Positions 32,023 to 44,530 of a stretch of DNA of 64,000 nucleotides are shown here, in pieces; the stretch's first letter is position 1, and each line of letters opens with the position of its first letter. Under the pieces are notes generated by a model. That model was given only the letters and a program-made list of their open reading frames with translations. It was not told where the DNA came from and made no database searches. Source of the stretch: the human T2T-CHM13v2.0 reference genome, Homo sapiens; assembly GCF_009914755.1 (NCBI RefSeq), contig NC_060932.1; one strand, written 5' to 3'. The translations under genes were made by a program, and so were the position numbers.

Positions 32023-34230
32023 ATTTTCTATCTGCTCCCTCTCTGCCTCTTTGGGGACCTGTCTTCCTCTATCTGTCCCTTAAACATCATTTTCTGTTCT
32101 ACTCATTCTCGTGAGTAGTATTATTAGCTCTATGCTTCCATTTCTATCTATATGCTACTAAATCCATAAGCCATAACTCTTTGTCAGATATCTTTGCTGA
32201 GTTCCAAACCAATAAATCCAGCTGTCTGATAGATATTTCCATCCATATGACTCAGACGCACCTAAAACTCAACATATCCAAACTTGAACTCGTTATCTAC
32301 CCCTATAGCTGCTCTTACTCCTGAGACCTCTATGGCATAATAGTTATCCAGCTGCCAAAGTCTAAACCGGAGCCTCATCCTGGCTTCTTCCTCTTCTTTG
32401 ATGCTAAATCAAATCCCCACATGCTATCTATTCCAACTCCAATTTCCTCTAATCCTTCTACTTCCCTCAGTTTTTGCAGCACAAGTCACCATCATCTCTC
32501 ATCCATGCTACTGCAAAAGCTCCTTACTGGTCTCCTTCTCTCCAGTGGTACATCCTCCAGTTCATTCTCCCAGCTGCAGTCAAAATATCACTCCTGAGAT
32601 AAAAATCACTCTCCTTGAGGGAAATAGAAGAGTAATATGTCTAAAGACCAAGTTACCATTCTGAAGAATGAAGTCAAGAAAATCATCCATAACTAGGGCA
32701 AAAAGATAAAAAAAAAATGAAGGAAAAAGTAAGAGACGTGGAGGATTACTTCATGAGGCCCAATATCATCTATGATTTCTTAAATGTGGGACTGGGAAGT
32801 AATTTTTAACATAAGAAAATATTCCAAAGTTCTAGAAAGGAATTTCCAAGTGCCCTAGACTATTAATTAAAAAAAGACCCATGCTCAGGCATATCCTAAT
32901 AAAATTTCTCATCGGATGCCTGAACACCAGGGAGAAATATATTGAATCTACTAATATAAAACAATTTTAAATCTAGAATCCCATTTTCATCCAAACTAAC
33001 TGACTAATAGAGGTCAAAAAGAAAGTATTTTCAAATATACATAAAGACCACCTCTCTAAATGAATTGTCTATGATGTAAACTGTGCCAGTATTTTAATTA
33101 ACCTCATACAATTCTAGAAAGTTGTCACCTCTGACAGATATGATTAAAGCAAAACAAAAAATGTCATTCTACCATGACTTGTAAGTAAAGAAACCAGGAT
33201 CACTTACAGTTAAATCCAAATAAGTTGGTGCATGTTTTGCAGCTGACCAGATTTTAGAATTTTGCTATCTCAGGGATAGATTATACTTTGATTCTTTGAA
33301 GCACAATGGGATGAATTTCAGAACACCAAGAGACAGGCTGATCAAAGGATTTCACCACCCTTTATTCACTATCATATGCAATGTTTAAATAATATTTAGA
33401 CATTGCCCATATTGATTTCAGCTCTCTGCCCAAACATTGGAAACACCAATTATGTAAACAGTCCCAGAATCCAGAGCTAGGGTTGCTTGCATAGTGCTTA
33501 AGGGTAGAGTATACAAAGAACGCCAGGAACCTGATGCCAAGCCCTACAGGGAACTTTCAGGTTATAATTCCAGCAAGCCGATTATAGACCTGTGGCTAAA
33601 TTTACTTAAAACCACCACCCAGGGCGAAATCCATTGTGAACACCAGCCATGGCAAAATCCCATTACAACTTCCTTCTGATACAAAGGCACATAATAAAAG
33701 AGCAAGCAATCAAGAGTCCCAACCAAAAGACCTCAAGTGGGGCCTCACAAATATTTTTTCTCCATTTCCCAGATCTTGCAAGATAGGGCTGTAGAGCCCT
33801 TGGGCATGCTGCTGAAAAACACTGGTTACCATTAGCAACCACTGTTTATTCCAGGATTTTGTTTTATTATTGGCTATAAGGATAGTTACACCAAAACCTT
33901 TCTATGCTACATCAGTGACACAGTGGAAGCTATTTTAATATTATAAACTCATGTGATATTTCAGTTTAACTCTAATTTTATCTTTTCTTTTCTGATTTTA
34001 TGTAATCATTTACTGATTCATTTTTTTCCAAGAGGCCAGCTTTTCTCCTGTTTTCTGTATAACTGTCCCTAACAATTTTAATACACTCCTACTATATGTT
34101 GTCACCAGGTGTTTAAATTACAGTATTCTTCAAAACTTTAAAAATCTTAATTTTTCCACAAAAAAAAATTAACAAATTCACTAAGGCAGAAATAAAACAC
34201 ATTAAAAACTCACAACTAGAGAAGGGTACC

Positions 34231-34735
34231 TCTGAGGTAGGCTGAATAATGGACCCATAAGTTGTCCACATCCTAGTCACCACAACCTGTGAAGATGTCA
34301 CTTTATATGGCTAGAAGAACTTTGCAGATGTAATTAAGTTAATGATCTTGTGATGGGGAGAATACGCTGCATTATCTAGGTAGGATGAACGATGAAATCA
34401 CAAGTATTCTTATAAGAGGAAAGCAGAAGAAAATACTACTATGGAAGAAAGGGCAACGTGGTGACAGAAGCAGAGATTGGAACGGCATGCTTTGAAGGTG
34501 AAGAAAGGGTCCACAAGCCAAGGAATCGGGCAGCCACAAGAAGGGGAAAAAGGCAAAGAAATAGTCTCCTCTCAGAGCCTTCAAAATAAACTAGACTTGC
34601 CAATACTTTGACTTTAGCCCAGTGAGAACTGATTCCATACTTATGACCTTTGGAACTATAGGAGAAAAAAACTGTATTGTTTTACATCACTGAATTTGTG
34701 GTAATTTATTACAGTTTCAGTAGGAAACTAATATA
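34231..34735 (+). mobile_element. MLT1D-like LTR
   Basis: GGTAGGCTGAATAATGG...CTTTGCAGATGTAATTAAGTT...AATTTGTGGTAATTTATTACAG...GGAAACTAATATA. Confidence 0.82.
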
Positions 34736-35250
34736 ACCACCCACAAAAAAAACCTAATTTATTTGGGAATTCAAAAACACTTTTCAAAAAAACTAGTTAA
34801 TTAAAAGAGTAATTACAAACTATTTAGAAAGGAAAGGGTGTGTACTACATATTGGAGGTTAAGGGATTTGGCTACTGCAGTAAGAAAAAAAAAAAAGTAG
34901 AGAGAGGATTCTGGGAAGACAGCAGAGTAGGAAGCACCAGTAATATGTCCCCCTATCTAGACAAAAATTGCACTGGCAGGATCTGTCTGATTTAACTATT
35001 TTCAAACACTGGAGTCCATTAAGTTTTGCAACTTCCAGGGGAAGTTTTGAATAGTAAACTGCATTAATTTTGATCAATTTCAGCTCTTAGCCCAGCAGCA
35101 GCTACCCGTCCCTCACCCCTCAGCCCCATGGCAGGTGGTTGTGCATGCGTTCCTAGAGCAATCTGCACACAGCTTGCAGGAGCCAAAGTGAGCAAAAAAC
35201 ATTCTGTCCTCCAGATATCAGAGATCTGTGCTCTGTGCTTTGATTGCTAA

Positions 35251-35637
<387 letters not shown>

Positions 35638-37325
35638 CCAAGGGATTTAAAGTGAACTTTCCACCCTTTTTTTTTTTTCCCTTTTGGGAGCCAGATATTA
35701 GACACTAGAATATTTAAAAATAACTGCATATGCAGGGAGAATTAGAAAGTGACCAAACATGCCCAGAGAAAGGCACAGGCTCAGAAAAGGCTTGAGAAGA
35801 TGTTGAGTTTACACTTCAGGCTGATCCTTGGCACAGAGACAACCCACAACAATCAAATCCAAAACAATTAAAAATAACAAAAACCAGCAAACCCTCGGAG
35901 AAGGGGAGAATTTTATTTCCAAAGTTACCACATTATTAGATTTAAGTGTCTAATTTTTAACAAAAATTCACAAAACCCAAAGGAAGAGCAAAGAAAGGCC
36001 CATTCAAAGGAATAAAAAAAATAAATCAACAGAACTGCCCCTGAACAAGATCTGATGGCAGCTCTTCTCATCAAAGACTTTAAAACCACTCTTTTAAAGA
36101 TGTCCAAAGAACTAAAGGAAAATGTGAAGAAAGTCAAGAAAATGATGTATGAACAAAATGGAAATATCAATAAAGAGAAAAACCTAAAGTGAAACCAAAA
36201 AGAAATGCTGGTGCTGAAAAATACAATAACTGAAATGAAGAATTTACTAGAGGGATTTCAAGTCAGATTTGAATAGGCAGGAGAAAGAATCCACAAAAAC
36301 TTGAAGATAGGACAATAGACATTATTGAGTCTGAGGAGCCGAAAGAAAAAAGATTAAAAGAAAGTGAACAGAATATAAGAGACCTCTGGGATACCATCAA
36401 GTGGACCAACATATGCACTGTGGGAGTCTCAGCAGAAGAGAAAGACATAAGGACACAGAGAATGTTTGAATAGATAATGGTTGAAAACTTTGAAAATTTG
36501 ATAAAAGACATGAACATAAACATCCAAGAAGCTCAATAGACTCCAAGTAAAATGAACTCAGAGACCAACACCAAGGCATGATCCAACTTTCAAAAGACAA
36601 AAAGAGAGCAGCAGGAGAGCTCCTGAGAGCAGCACCTAGTCACATACAAGAAATCCTCAGTAAGATTATCAGCCAATTTCTCATTAGAAATTTTGGAGGA
36701 TGAAAGGTAATGGGCTAATATATTCAAAGTGCTAAAAGTAAAAAAAAAAAAAAAAAAAGAAAAAGAAAAAAGAAAAGCCAACCAAAAATTCTATATCAGG
36801 CACAAATGTTCTTCAAAAACAAGGGAGAAATTAACACATTCCCAGATAAACAGAAGTTATGGGACTTTATTACCACTATGACTTCCCTAAAAGAAAATCA
36901 TGAGGGAGTCCTGCAAGGTGAAATAAAAGGACAGTAGACAGTAACTTGAAGCCATATGAAAAAATGAAGATCTTAATAAAGGTAAAAAAAAATGGACAAT
37001 TATAAAAGCTAGTATTTTGTAATAACAGTTTTTATTTTCTACAGAAGTGTAACTACACCTTTTGTTTTCTACCTGATTTATGACTAATACATTTTCTAAA
37101 AGATTAGTCTTAAAGCCAGTATAATCATAACTTTGATTTGTAACTTCACATTTTGCTTTCTCCATAATTTAAGAGACTAATAGTTTATTTCTTGGGGGCA
37201 CACAATGTATAAAGATATAATTTTGTGACATCAACAAATGAAAGGACTGTAAAGTAAAGGAGCAAAGTCTTCATATGTTATTGAAGTTAAGCTGGTATAA
37301 GTTCAAATTACAGTGTTATAACTTT

Positions 37326-37604
37326 TTTTTTTCTTTGAGATAGAGTCTCACTCTGTTACCCAGGCTGGAGTGCAATGACACGATCTCAGCTCACTACAGC
37401 CTCTACCTCCCAGTTCAAACAATTCTTGTGCCTTAGCCTCCCAAGTAGTTGGGACCACCAGCATGTGCCACCGCACCTGGATAATTTTTGTTTTTTTAGT
37501 AGAGATGGTGTTTTGCCATGTTGGCCAGGCTGGTCTCAAACTCCTGACCTCAAGTGATCTGCCCTTGTTGCCCTCCCAAAGTGCTGGGACTACAGACCCA
37601 GCCA
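37326..37604 (-). mobile_element. Alu (older, with a short deletion near the 5' end)
   Basis: Reverse Alu. TSD AGTGTTATAACTTT at 37312-37325 and 37607-37620. Confidence 0.93.
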
Positions 37605-37841
37605 AGAGTGTTATAACTTTATAATGTTAAAAGTAATACCCGTGTTAACCACAAAATAGTTACAGAATATACACAAAAAGAAATGAGAGAAAAATTTAAA
37701 TATTTTAACTACAAAAAACTGACTAAACACAAAAGACAACAAGGAAGAATATAAGGGATTAAAAAGCTATAAGACATATAGAAAACAAACAGTAAAATGA
37801 CAAAGGTGTCTCCTTATCAATAATTACGTTAAATGTAAGTG

Positions 37842-38150
<309 letters not shown>

Positions 38151-39009
38151 AGTAAATGGATTACATTTTCCAATCAAAGGACAGAGATTGCAGAATAGAT
38201 AAAAACATATGGCCCAGCTATATGCCATCTACGAAAGACTCACATTAAATCTAAAGACACAGGTTGAAAGTAAAACGATGGAAAAAGATATTCAATGCAC
38301 ATAGTAACCAAAACAGAGCATGGGTGGCTATACTAATATCAGACATAATATATTTAAGCCAAAAAAGTTTATAAGAGATAAAGAAAAACATTATATATTA
38401 ATAAAAGAATATATTATATATAATAATTATAAACAATAATATGTAATAATTTTAAACATTTACACATACAACACACCATCAAAATACACAAAGCAAAAAC
38501 TAATGGAAATTAAGGGAGAAATCAATAGTTGTTTAAAAATAGTTGAAATCTCAATACTCCCCTCTCAATGGATAGAACAACCAGACAGAAGATTAGTAAG
38601 TAAATAGAGGACTTACACAACACAGTAAACCAACTACATCTAACAAGCATGTACGGAACACTTTACCCAAGAACAACAGGACAACAGGATACATATTCTC
38701 CTCAAGTGCACATAGGACTTTTTAAGGATAAACTATACGTTAGGCCACAAATTAAGTCTCAATAAATTTTAAAAGGTAGAGATCATACAAAGTTTCTTTT
38801 TTTACCACAATGGATGGAGTTAGAAATCAATAACAATTAAAACTGGAAAATTTGCAAAATTGTGCAAATTAAACATCACACTCTTAAACAACTAATGAAT
38901 CAAAGAAGAAGTCATGTAGGAAATTAGAAAATATTTAGAGATGAAAGAAAACAAAAATATAACACACCAAAACTTATAGGATATGGGGAAAGCAAGCCGT
39001 GCTCAGGGA

Positions 39010-40923
39010 AAACTCAAACAAATCAGCAAGAAAAAAAAAATCCTATTAAAAAGTCGGCTAAGCCCAGGGCCAGCCCCATCATCATGGTATTGGTAGCCTC
39101 ACCCCATCCATGTCATCCACGTCACATCAGGATGTGCAATCTTCCTTGTCCTCTGTTAGTGGAATTTGCCTGGGAAAACCTCCACTGAATACTGAAATTG
39201 TTGCATGCCCATGGATTTCTTACAACAAATGGGGAACGTGGTGTTTCCCACCTCTTGTGGGTAGAAACAAACTGCAGTCTGCCTTGAGGAGGCAAGAAGG
39301 CAAAGCCAGGGCAGAGCCTTGCTGCAGGAAGCATTCAGTGAGAAAGCAGGTTTAGATGCTTAGGAGGGCTGAGGGAGAAGATTCGACCAGCACTATCTTT
39401 GCTTCAAGTCTTAGGATGTCTGAACTTTCTGCTTTATGTTTTCAACTATCTTTTTTTTTAATGGCATAACCTACATCTTGCTTTTAAAAGAAGTAGCCTC
39501 AAATTAAACTTCTTAAACTCTGATGCTCTGGGGCTAAGAACAACAAGTTTGGATCTCGTGCCGTGTAATCTGATGTTTCATTCTGCTGCCTCCATCACAG
39601 AACAGAATCGCTTTCCAGAAAGGCAGTTACTGGAAACAGCAGAGGCTCCCAGCAGTGGGAGGGCTGCTCAACAATGCCTCCTCCCCCAACACCCTTTTTT
39701 TCCTCTGAGGGGCCCAAGGGTTATGGCTTTCATGTCTAAGTGTGGGGACAGAGGAGGGAGAGGCAGAGCCTGGGCCCAGAGAGGACAGCCTGGTCTGAAT
39801 CTGGAATAATTAATGCCACCCAAAGAAAAGGTCCTGCTACGTCCACTGTTGTCTTAGATCTAACGATGCTGCTATATACAAAACACTGATCATCCAAAAG
39901 CTTGAATCTGTTCCTCCTTGAATGACCCTGTAGATGCTTGACCTCCACCATACCTCCACATCATTATTTATGTCTTTGTAGGAAAATGTGCACGTGCTCC
40001 ATGCACTATGGGGAAGGGTGTGTTTTTAAATTAATAAAGTGTGTTACCATCAGCCATATAAAAAAAAAAAGTGGGCTAAGGACATGAACAGACAATTCTC
40101 AAAAGAAGATACACAAATGGCCAACAAGCATATGGAAAAATGCTCAACATCACTAATTATCAGGGAAATGCAAATCAAAACTACAATGCAATGCCACCTC
40201 ACTCCTTCAAGAATGGTCATAATCAAAAAATCAAAAAATAATAGATGTTGGTGTGGATGTGGTGAAAAGGGAACACTTTTACATTCTTGGTGGAAATGTA
40301 AACTAGTACAACCACTATGGAAAACTGTGGAGATTCCTTAAAGAACTTAAAAGTAGATCTACCATTTGATTCAGCAATCCCACTACTGGGTATCCACCCA
40401 GAGGAAAATAAGTCATTATACAAAAAAGATATTTGCACACGCATGTTTATAGCCACACAATTTGCAATTGCAAAAATATGGAACCAGCCCAAATGCCCAT
40501 CAATCAATGAGTGGATAAAGCAAATGTGAGATATATATATATATATACATGCACACACACAATGGGATACTACTCAGCCATAAAAAGGAATGAAATAATG
40601 GCATTTGTAGCAACCTGGTTGGAATTGGAGACCATTATTCTAAGTGAAGTAACTCAGGAATGGAAAACCAAACATCATATGTTCTCATTCATATGTGGGA
40701 GCTAAGCTATGAGGATGCAAAGGCATAAGAATAATACATTGGACTTTGGGAACTCAGGGAAAATAGTGGGGGGAGCAAGGGTTAAACAACTACACATTGG
40801 GTACAGTTTACACTACTGGGGTGATGGGTACACCAAAACCTCAGGAGTCACCACTAAAGAACTTATTCATATAATCAAACACCGCCTGTTCCCCAAAAAC
40901 CTATTGAAATTTAAAAAAAAAAA
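39010..40923 (+). mobile_element. 5'-truncated L1PB-like 3' fragment, split by the mRNA retrocopy
   Basis: AACTCAAACAAATCAGCAAG...AAAAAGT(C/G)GGCTAAG resumes at 40071. ORF2 C-terminal fragments at 40039-40705. L1PB-type 3'UTR (GAGGATGCAAAGGCATAAGAAT...CACCACTAAAGAACTTATTCAT...CCCCAAAAACCTATTGAAAT) followed by poly(A). Confidence 0.88.
39063..40070 (+). pseudogene. 5'-truncated processed pseudogene; appears to be 3'UTR only of a cellular mRNA
   Basis: ~1 kb of non-repeat sequence with AATAAA at 40033-40038 and poly(A) at ~40060-40070. 15-bp TSD AAAAAGT(C/G)GGCTAAG at 39048-39062 and 40066-40080. The parent may be DAP (death-associated protein), from unverified recollection. Confidence 0.88.
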
Positions 40924-43849
40924 ATTCCCAAAAATAGAAAAGCGCTAGACCTTCTGGCTTCACAGGTGAATTCTATCAAATATTTGTAGAGAATTATTAC
41001 CAATCCTTCTCAAACTTTTCAAAAAAGTTGTCGAGGAAACAACACTTTCTAACTCACTCTATGAGGTCAGCATTACCCTGATACCAAAGCCAAACAAAGA
41101 CATCGCAAGAAAAAAAAACTACAGGTCAATATCCTTGATGAACCCAGATACAAAAATCCTCAACAAAATACTAGCAAACCAAATCTGCCAGCACATTAAA
41201 AGAATAATACACCATCACCAAGTAGGATTTATTCCTGGAATTTGAGAATGGTTCAACATACAAAAATCAATCAATGTAACACATCACATTAACAGAATGA
41301 AAAAATTTACATAATCACCTCAATTGATACTGAAAAGGCATTAGATAAAATTCAACACCTTCTATAATAAAAACAATTAGCAAACTAGGAAAAGAAGTAA
41401 ACTACCTCACTAATAAAACCATTTATGAAAAACTCACAAGGAAGATTATAATTAACAGTGAAAGACTGAAAGCTTTTTCTTTAAGATGAAGAACAAGGCA
41501 ACAATGCCCACTTTCACCACTTCTGTTCGACTTAGAACCAGAAGTTCTAGGCAGAGCAATTAGTCTACTAAAAGAAATAAAAGACAACCAAATTATAAAG
41601 GAAGAAGTAGAATTAGCTCTGTTCACATATGATTTGATCTTATGTAGAAAGCCCTAAATATTTCACATGCAAAAACTGTGGTAACTAATAAATTAATTTA
41701 GCAAAGTAACAGGATGCAAAGCCAACACACACAAATTAGTTGCATCTCTGTATACTAACAATGAACAATCTGAGAGGAAATTTAAAAAATAATTTTATTT
41801 ACAATAGCATCAAAAAGAATAAAATGCTTAGGAATTAACTTGACCAAGGAAATGAAAGACTTGTACAATGAAAATTATAAAAAATTGCTAAAGAAATTTT
41901 AAAAGACATAAGTAAATGAAAACACATGTCATGTTCATGGATTGGAAGACTTAATATTGTTAAGATGTCAATACTACTCAAAGCAATCTACAAATTCAAT
42001 ACAATCCCTATTAAAATTCCAGTGATGTCTTCAACTGGAATAGAAAAACCCATCCTAATATTCATATGGAGTCTCAACCCTGAATAGCCAAAACAATCTT
42101 GAAAAGGAATAACAAGGCTGGACGGCTCACATTTCCCAATTTCAAAACTTACTACAAAGCCACAGTTATCAAAACACTGCGATACTGGCATAAAGACAGA
42201 CATATAGATGAATAGAATAAAATAGAGCCCAGTAATAAGCCCTCCTGAATATAGGGTACCAAGGGTGTCAAGACCATTCAATGGTTAAAGGACAATTTTT
42301 TCAACAAATGGTGCTGGGAAAATTGCATATCCACATGCAAAAGAATGAAGTTAGACCCTTACCTAACACCATATACAAAAATTAGCTTAAAATGGATCAA
42401 AGACCTAAATGTAAAATCTAAAACAATAAAACTCTTAGAAGAAAACATAGGACAAAAGCTTCATGACAGATCTGGCAATGATTTATTGGACATGATATCA
42501 AAGGCACAAGCAACAAAAGAAAAAAATAAATTGAACTTCATGAAAATTTTTAAAATGTATACATCATAATGCCTTTTAAAATATGAGAAATACTTTGTAC
42601 AACTTCACATTAATAAATGTGAAAGTTCACATGAATTGTATGCTTTTCTATGAATGTGTATGACTTATGAAGAGGAAGGAAAAACTTAATGAACCCATAA
42701 TCACTTAATAAATTGTTTAGATTGTCAGAGAGTTATCCTGAAAATTATAGTAAGCTCAGATAATTTTAATGGCAAGTTCTGCTAAGCACACAAGCTCTGT
42801 GTTATTTAAAATAATACAGAGCATAGCAGGGTGGAGTAGGTGAGCTGTTCATCTCATTATGTGAGGCTGGCATACCCTTGACACCAAGATGGAAAAAAAT
42901 AATAAAGAAAGAAAACTACGAACCTCACTTAGGAAAATAAATACAAAAGTCATACAATAACAGCAAATAGAATATGGTAGTAAATTTTTTAAATATACAT
43001 CATGATAGATTGAGTTTATGCTGTTTGCTGCATTTCCCTTTTTCCCACTGTAACATTCTTTAAAGATGGACTTTGTCTTATTCATCAAGTATCTATCAAA
43101 AGTAGTGCCTTGCTTGCATATAGCAGGTGATAGCTAAAAGAATGGGGTAGATCTACATGTGCTGAAAAGGAAACAATTTCTAAGATATATGATCATGGGG
43201 GAAAATATATTGCAGAAAATACAGTATAACTCAATGTGTGCAAAATATTGATTACATATATGGGCCTGTGTTCTATAAATATATGAAAGGAAACTGCCTG
43301 GAAAGATCCATTAAATAGTAAGTAATGATTACCTTTGAGGGGAAGCAATTTATCTGATTACTGAGACATGAAAATGAGAAAGGAACATGTGTGGCTCATG
43401 CTGGGCTCTTTTTTGCTGTCAAGTTTAGATCAAGCTATCTGCAGGACACATTTGTTCTTCCCTCCTCCAGGCAACAAGCACCAGGATAGACTCTACTTTG
43501 CACAGGGCACAGGGCCATGAGCCTGCCAGTGCCCAGCTGCTCCATTCCCGCCTGGATGGACAAGTTCAACTCAAGATGGGGAAGAAGCATCTTGCCTATT
43601 TTGGCCTTAGGTCCAAATAGCATTTTCTAATCCCATTTTGTCAGAGATAAATTTCATATTTTGATTTCAATCTAACTTCTGTGTCTTTTTCTCAGTAAGT
43701 TCAGCAATTCAACCAGAGATGGATATGAATAATTGGCCACTTCAAAACTCCAACAATGAAAATGTATTTATATATTAACTTGGAGAGTCTGCACCCATAG
43801 TGTGATTTCAAAATACAGAAAATCAAAGTTATTAGTATTGAAAAGAAGC

Positions 43850-44530
43850 AATTTGTCTTAGATTCCATTCAGTTCAACACAGAGATATTAATTACCTGCT
43901 ATACTGCAAGCAAAGCACTGCTTTTGATAGATACTTGGTGAATAAGACAAAGCCCAACCTTAAAGGACATTACAGTGGGGAAAGATGGAATGAAGCAAAC
44001 AACAAATTCTACACAGAGCAGAAGAAAAACAAATGCTCAAATAGAGGGAAAATCAAAGCTCTGGGGGAACAAAGAGATTGGTCACTCAATTCTACTTTAG
44101 GAGAATCTGCTCAGACATCACAAAAGAGAAGGCATTTGAGATCACTAGAAGGATGAGTAAAATTGTAATGGTGAAACAAGGGCAGAGAGAATAGTGGAAG
44201 CAAAAGCACAAAGCAAAATTCTACACATTCTGAGTTTGTAGAACTCTGAATTGCATGCCGCAGTTGGGACACATTAGAATGGAAGAGGGCCAGAGAGGAA
44301 GAGAAAATGGGAAAAGGGGAATGTAGTTATATGAAGGAAGCTGATGAACATTGGGCTCAAGAATTTAACGTTGTGCTGTAGGCAGTGAGAAACCATTGTG
44401 GATTTTTGTGTATGGCATGACATGATAAGATCTGTGCTCTAGAAAAATAATTTTGGTGTGAAGAATGGATTGGAGAAAAAAAGAGAGAGCATCCAGTTAG
44501 GAATTTACTGCAATACTGGTCCCTGGAAGT
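43850..44530 (-). mobile_element. L2 LINE fragment
   Basis: Starts with CATTCAGTTCAAC-type terminal repeats. Purine-rich L2 body (TGTAGGCAGTGAGAAACCATTG...CATGATAAGATCTGTG). Confidence 0.6.
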
